The notes under the pieces: generated by a model
Told to the model about the DNA's origin: nothing
The model's database searches: none
The model's input: only the letters and a program-made list of their open reading frames with translations
Assembly (NCBI GenBank): GCA_965214805.1
Contig: OZ243982.1
Location: forward strand, 1,237,116 to 1,301,115
DNA length: 64,000 nucleotides
Source: Thermoanaerobaculia bacterium
GTDB lineage: Bacteria > Acidobacteriota > Thermoanaerobaculia > Multivoradales > Multivoraceae
Reading direction: 5' to 3'
Part shown: piece after piece, positions 62,190 through 64,000 of the stretch
How the letters are laid out: the number at the start of each line of letters is the position of its first letter
Position numbering within the stretch: position 1 is the stretch's first letter
Made by a program: the position numbers and the translations under genes

Positions 62190-64000
62190 TCAATTGATCG
62201 GCTCCGAGTTTGCAACCGTCGCCGCCTCGGCCCCGGAGGCGCCGTTCTCATCATCCTCCTCGCCACGATCCGGTATCCGGGCCAGGGCGACGATACGGTC
62301 GCCGTCCTCGAGGTCCATCACCTTGACGCCCTGGGTTGCGCGCCCGATACGGGACACGCTGCCAGCGCTGATGCGGATGATCTTCCCCTGGTGCGTGATC
62401 AGCATCAGACCCGTGTCATCCGTCACCTCGCGCACACCTACCACGGCTCCGGTCCGATCGGACACCTTGAGGTTGATGATGCCCAGGCCTCCCCGGGACT
62501 GGCGGCGGTACTCCCCGAGCGATGTCCGCTTGCCGAAGCCGTTCTCGCTGACCGTAAGCAGAGTCGTCACCGGCGACCGAGGTTCGTCGGCCTCGACCGT
62601 CGAGGGCAGCAGACACTCCATCGACACGACCCGGTCGCCGCGGCGAAGACCGATCCCGCGCACACCCCGGGTGACCCGGCCGAGAGAGCGCAGGTCGCTC
62701 TCGGGGAACCGGACCGAATAGCCCATTCGTGTCGCCAGCACCAGGTCACTGCCGCCGTCCGTGACCTTGACCGCAAGCAGATGATCGCCTTCGTCGATTC
62801 GGACCGCGATTATTCCTCCGGCACGGGAGCGCGAGTAGTGGGCCAGGGATGTCTTCTTCACCACGCCGGCTTCCGTGGCGAAGGTCAGGAACCGGTCTTC
62901 CGGGAACTCCCGCACGGCGGCCGTGGCGGCGACCGTTTCGCCGCTTTCGAGCTGCAGCAGATTGACGATCGCCTTGCCCCGGGCCGCCGGACCCATCTGG
63001 GGGATCTGGTGCGCCTTGAGCCAGTAGCAGTGGCCCCGGTCGGTGAACACGAGGACGTGGCTGTGGGCGGAAGCGACGTGGAGCTGCTCCACGAAGTCGC
63101 CGTCCCTGGTCGCCATGCCGGTTCTGCCCTTGCCGCCGCGATGCTGGGCCCGGTACAGGCTGAGCGGCGAGCGCTTGACGTAGCCCGACCGCGTCACGGT
63201 GATGACCATCTCCTCGTCCGCGATCATGTCCTCGATCGTGATGTCCGAGGAGTGATCCACGATCTCGGTGCGGCGCGGATCGCTGTAACGCTTCTCGATG
63301 GCGTCGAGCTCGCCCCGGATCTCGGCCAGCAGCAGTGCGTCCGACCCCAGAATGGCGCGCAGCCGGCCAATCTCGGCGATCAGGTCCGCGTACTCGGCCT
63401 CTATCTTCTCGCGCTCCAGTCCGGTCAACCGCTGCAGGCGCATGTCGAGGATCGCCCGCGCCTGGGGTTCGGTCAGGGCGAAGTCCTCGATCAGCCGCAT
63501 CCGGGCCTCCGGCGGTGTCTGGCTGGCGCGGATCGCTGCGATCACCTCGTCGATGTGATCGAGAGCGATGAGCAGACCCTCGAGCACATGGGCGCGCTGC
63601 TCCGCACGCGCCAACTCGTAGCGGCAGCGCCGGATGACGACCGTGCGGCGGTGGTCCAGGAAGTGGCGCAGCAGGTCGTGCAGCGTCAGCACCTGGGGCT
63701 GGTTGTCGACGATCGCCAGCATGTTCATGCCGTAGGTGACCTGGAGCCTGGTCATCTTGTAGAGCATGTTCAGGATGACCTCGGCCACCTCGCCCCGCTT
63801 CAGGTCGATCACGATGCGGATACCGTCGCGATCGGATTCGTCGCGCAGATCGCGGATACCTCCGAGCTTCTTTTCGCGGACCAGTTCGGCGATCCGTTCG
63901 ATCAGCCGCGCCTTGTTCACCTGGTAGGGAACCTCGGAAACGATGATCGACTGGGAGTCCGAACTTCTGTCCTCGATGTCGGCGCGGGCACGCACCTGGA
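62190..64000 (-). CDS. gyrA: DNA gyrase subunit A, C-terminal ~600 aa (gene continues past the window end)
   Basis: Tower/coiled-coil region and C-terminal beta-pinwheel blades with a GyrA-box-like AQHRGGKGRTG (QRRGGKG) that distinguishes GyrA from ParC; no stop before coordinate 64000 in this frame. Confidence 0.88.
   Translation of the reverse strand, partial: QVRARADIEDRSSDSQSIIVSEVPYQVNKARLIERIAELVREKKLGGIRDLRDESDRDGIRIVIDLKRGEVAEVILNMLYKMTRLQVTYGMNMLAIVDNQPQVLTLHDLLRHFLDHRRTVVIRRCRYELARAEQRAHVLEGLLIALDHIDEVIAAIRASQTPPEARMRLIEDFALTEPQARAILDMRLQRLTGLEREKIEAEYADLIAEIGRLRAILGSDALLLAEIRGELDAIEKRYSDPRRTEIVDHSSDITIEDMIADEEMVITVTRSGYVKRSPLSLYRAQHRGGKGRTGMATRDGDFVEQLHVASAHSHVLVFTDRGHCYWLKAHQIPQMGPAARGKAIVNLLQLESGETVAATAAVREFPEDRFLTFATEAGVVKKTSLAHYSRSRAGGIIAVRIDEGDHLLAVKVTDGGSDLVLATRMGYSVRFPESDLRSLGRVTRGVRGIGLRRGDRVVSMECLLPSTVEADEPRSPVTTLLTVSENGFGKRTSLGEYRRQSRGGLGIINLKVSDRTGAVVGVREVTDDTGLMLITHQGKIIRISAGSVSRIGRATQGVKVMDLEDGDRIVALARIPDRGEEDDENGASGAEAATVANSEPIN

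Overview
This is a 64 kb, roughly 70% GC chromosomal segment from a diderm bacterium; genes are densely packed with many 1-4 nt start/stop overlaps, and most of the long opposite-strand ORFs in the six-frame track are GC-driven shadows. The window holds a complete suf operon running into a DUF442 phosphatase-like gene and tkt, a translationally coupled rpsU/mutS2/dnaG/rpoD block, the mreBCD-mrdA-rodA-rng cell-shape cluster, the thrA-asd-thrB-thrC block, and four tRNAs including a selenocysteine tRNA. Outer-membrane beta-barrels, LPS-kinase, Wzm/Wzt, RodA/PBP2 and MreBCD together indicate a diderm. SufT/SufU-type suf genes and the selC gene suggest a high-GC environmental lineage, but I do not assign a phylum. 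Core content read from the sequence, start to end: a partial secreted protein, an amidase, a decayed CoA-transferase fragment, an OmpW-like porin, ComF, a CarboxypepD_reg outer-membrane protein and MoeA. Then tRNA-Ala, a lipoprotein, tRNA-Sec (selC) and an FmdB zinc-ribbon protein. Then tkt with an upstream DUF442 Cys-phosphatase-like gene and the suf operon (Rrf2, sufB, sufC, sufD, sufS, sufU, sufT). Then a steroid-5-alpha-reductase-family membrane protein, an AI-2E transporter, acs, pckA, tRNA-Asn and the rpsU-mutS2-dnaG-rpoD block. Then a lipoprotein, tRNA-Met, a zinc-ribbon/coiled-coil protein, yggS, fadD and the accessory cluster. Then rng, rodA, mrdA, mreD, mreC and mreB, followed by ppiD-like, ruvAB, thrA-asd-thrB-thrC, an NDP-sugar pyrophosphorylase/CYTH/M20 peptidase operon, fsa/tal, and the 3' part of gyrA. 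The best candidate for something new is the accessory operon downstream of rng: a single ~730 aa protein fusing an LPS-kinase-like (Kdo/WaaP) domain to a glycoside-hydrolase-like TIM-barrel, followed by an ABC-2 Wzm permease, a Wzt ATPase with a C-terminal glycan-binding domain, and a coupled DUF3467 protein. Other things worth a second look are a frameshifted small gene and a signal-peptide protein translationally fused to the amidase, a CoA-transferase pseudogene remnant, the CYTH/nucleotidyltransferase coupling, and several short tandem or nested repeats next to tRNA-Met and in convergent intergenic regions. No CRISPR array, integrase, transposase or toxin-antitoxin pair was recognised.
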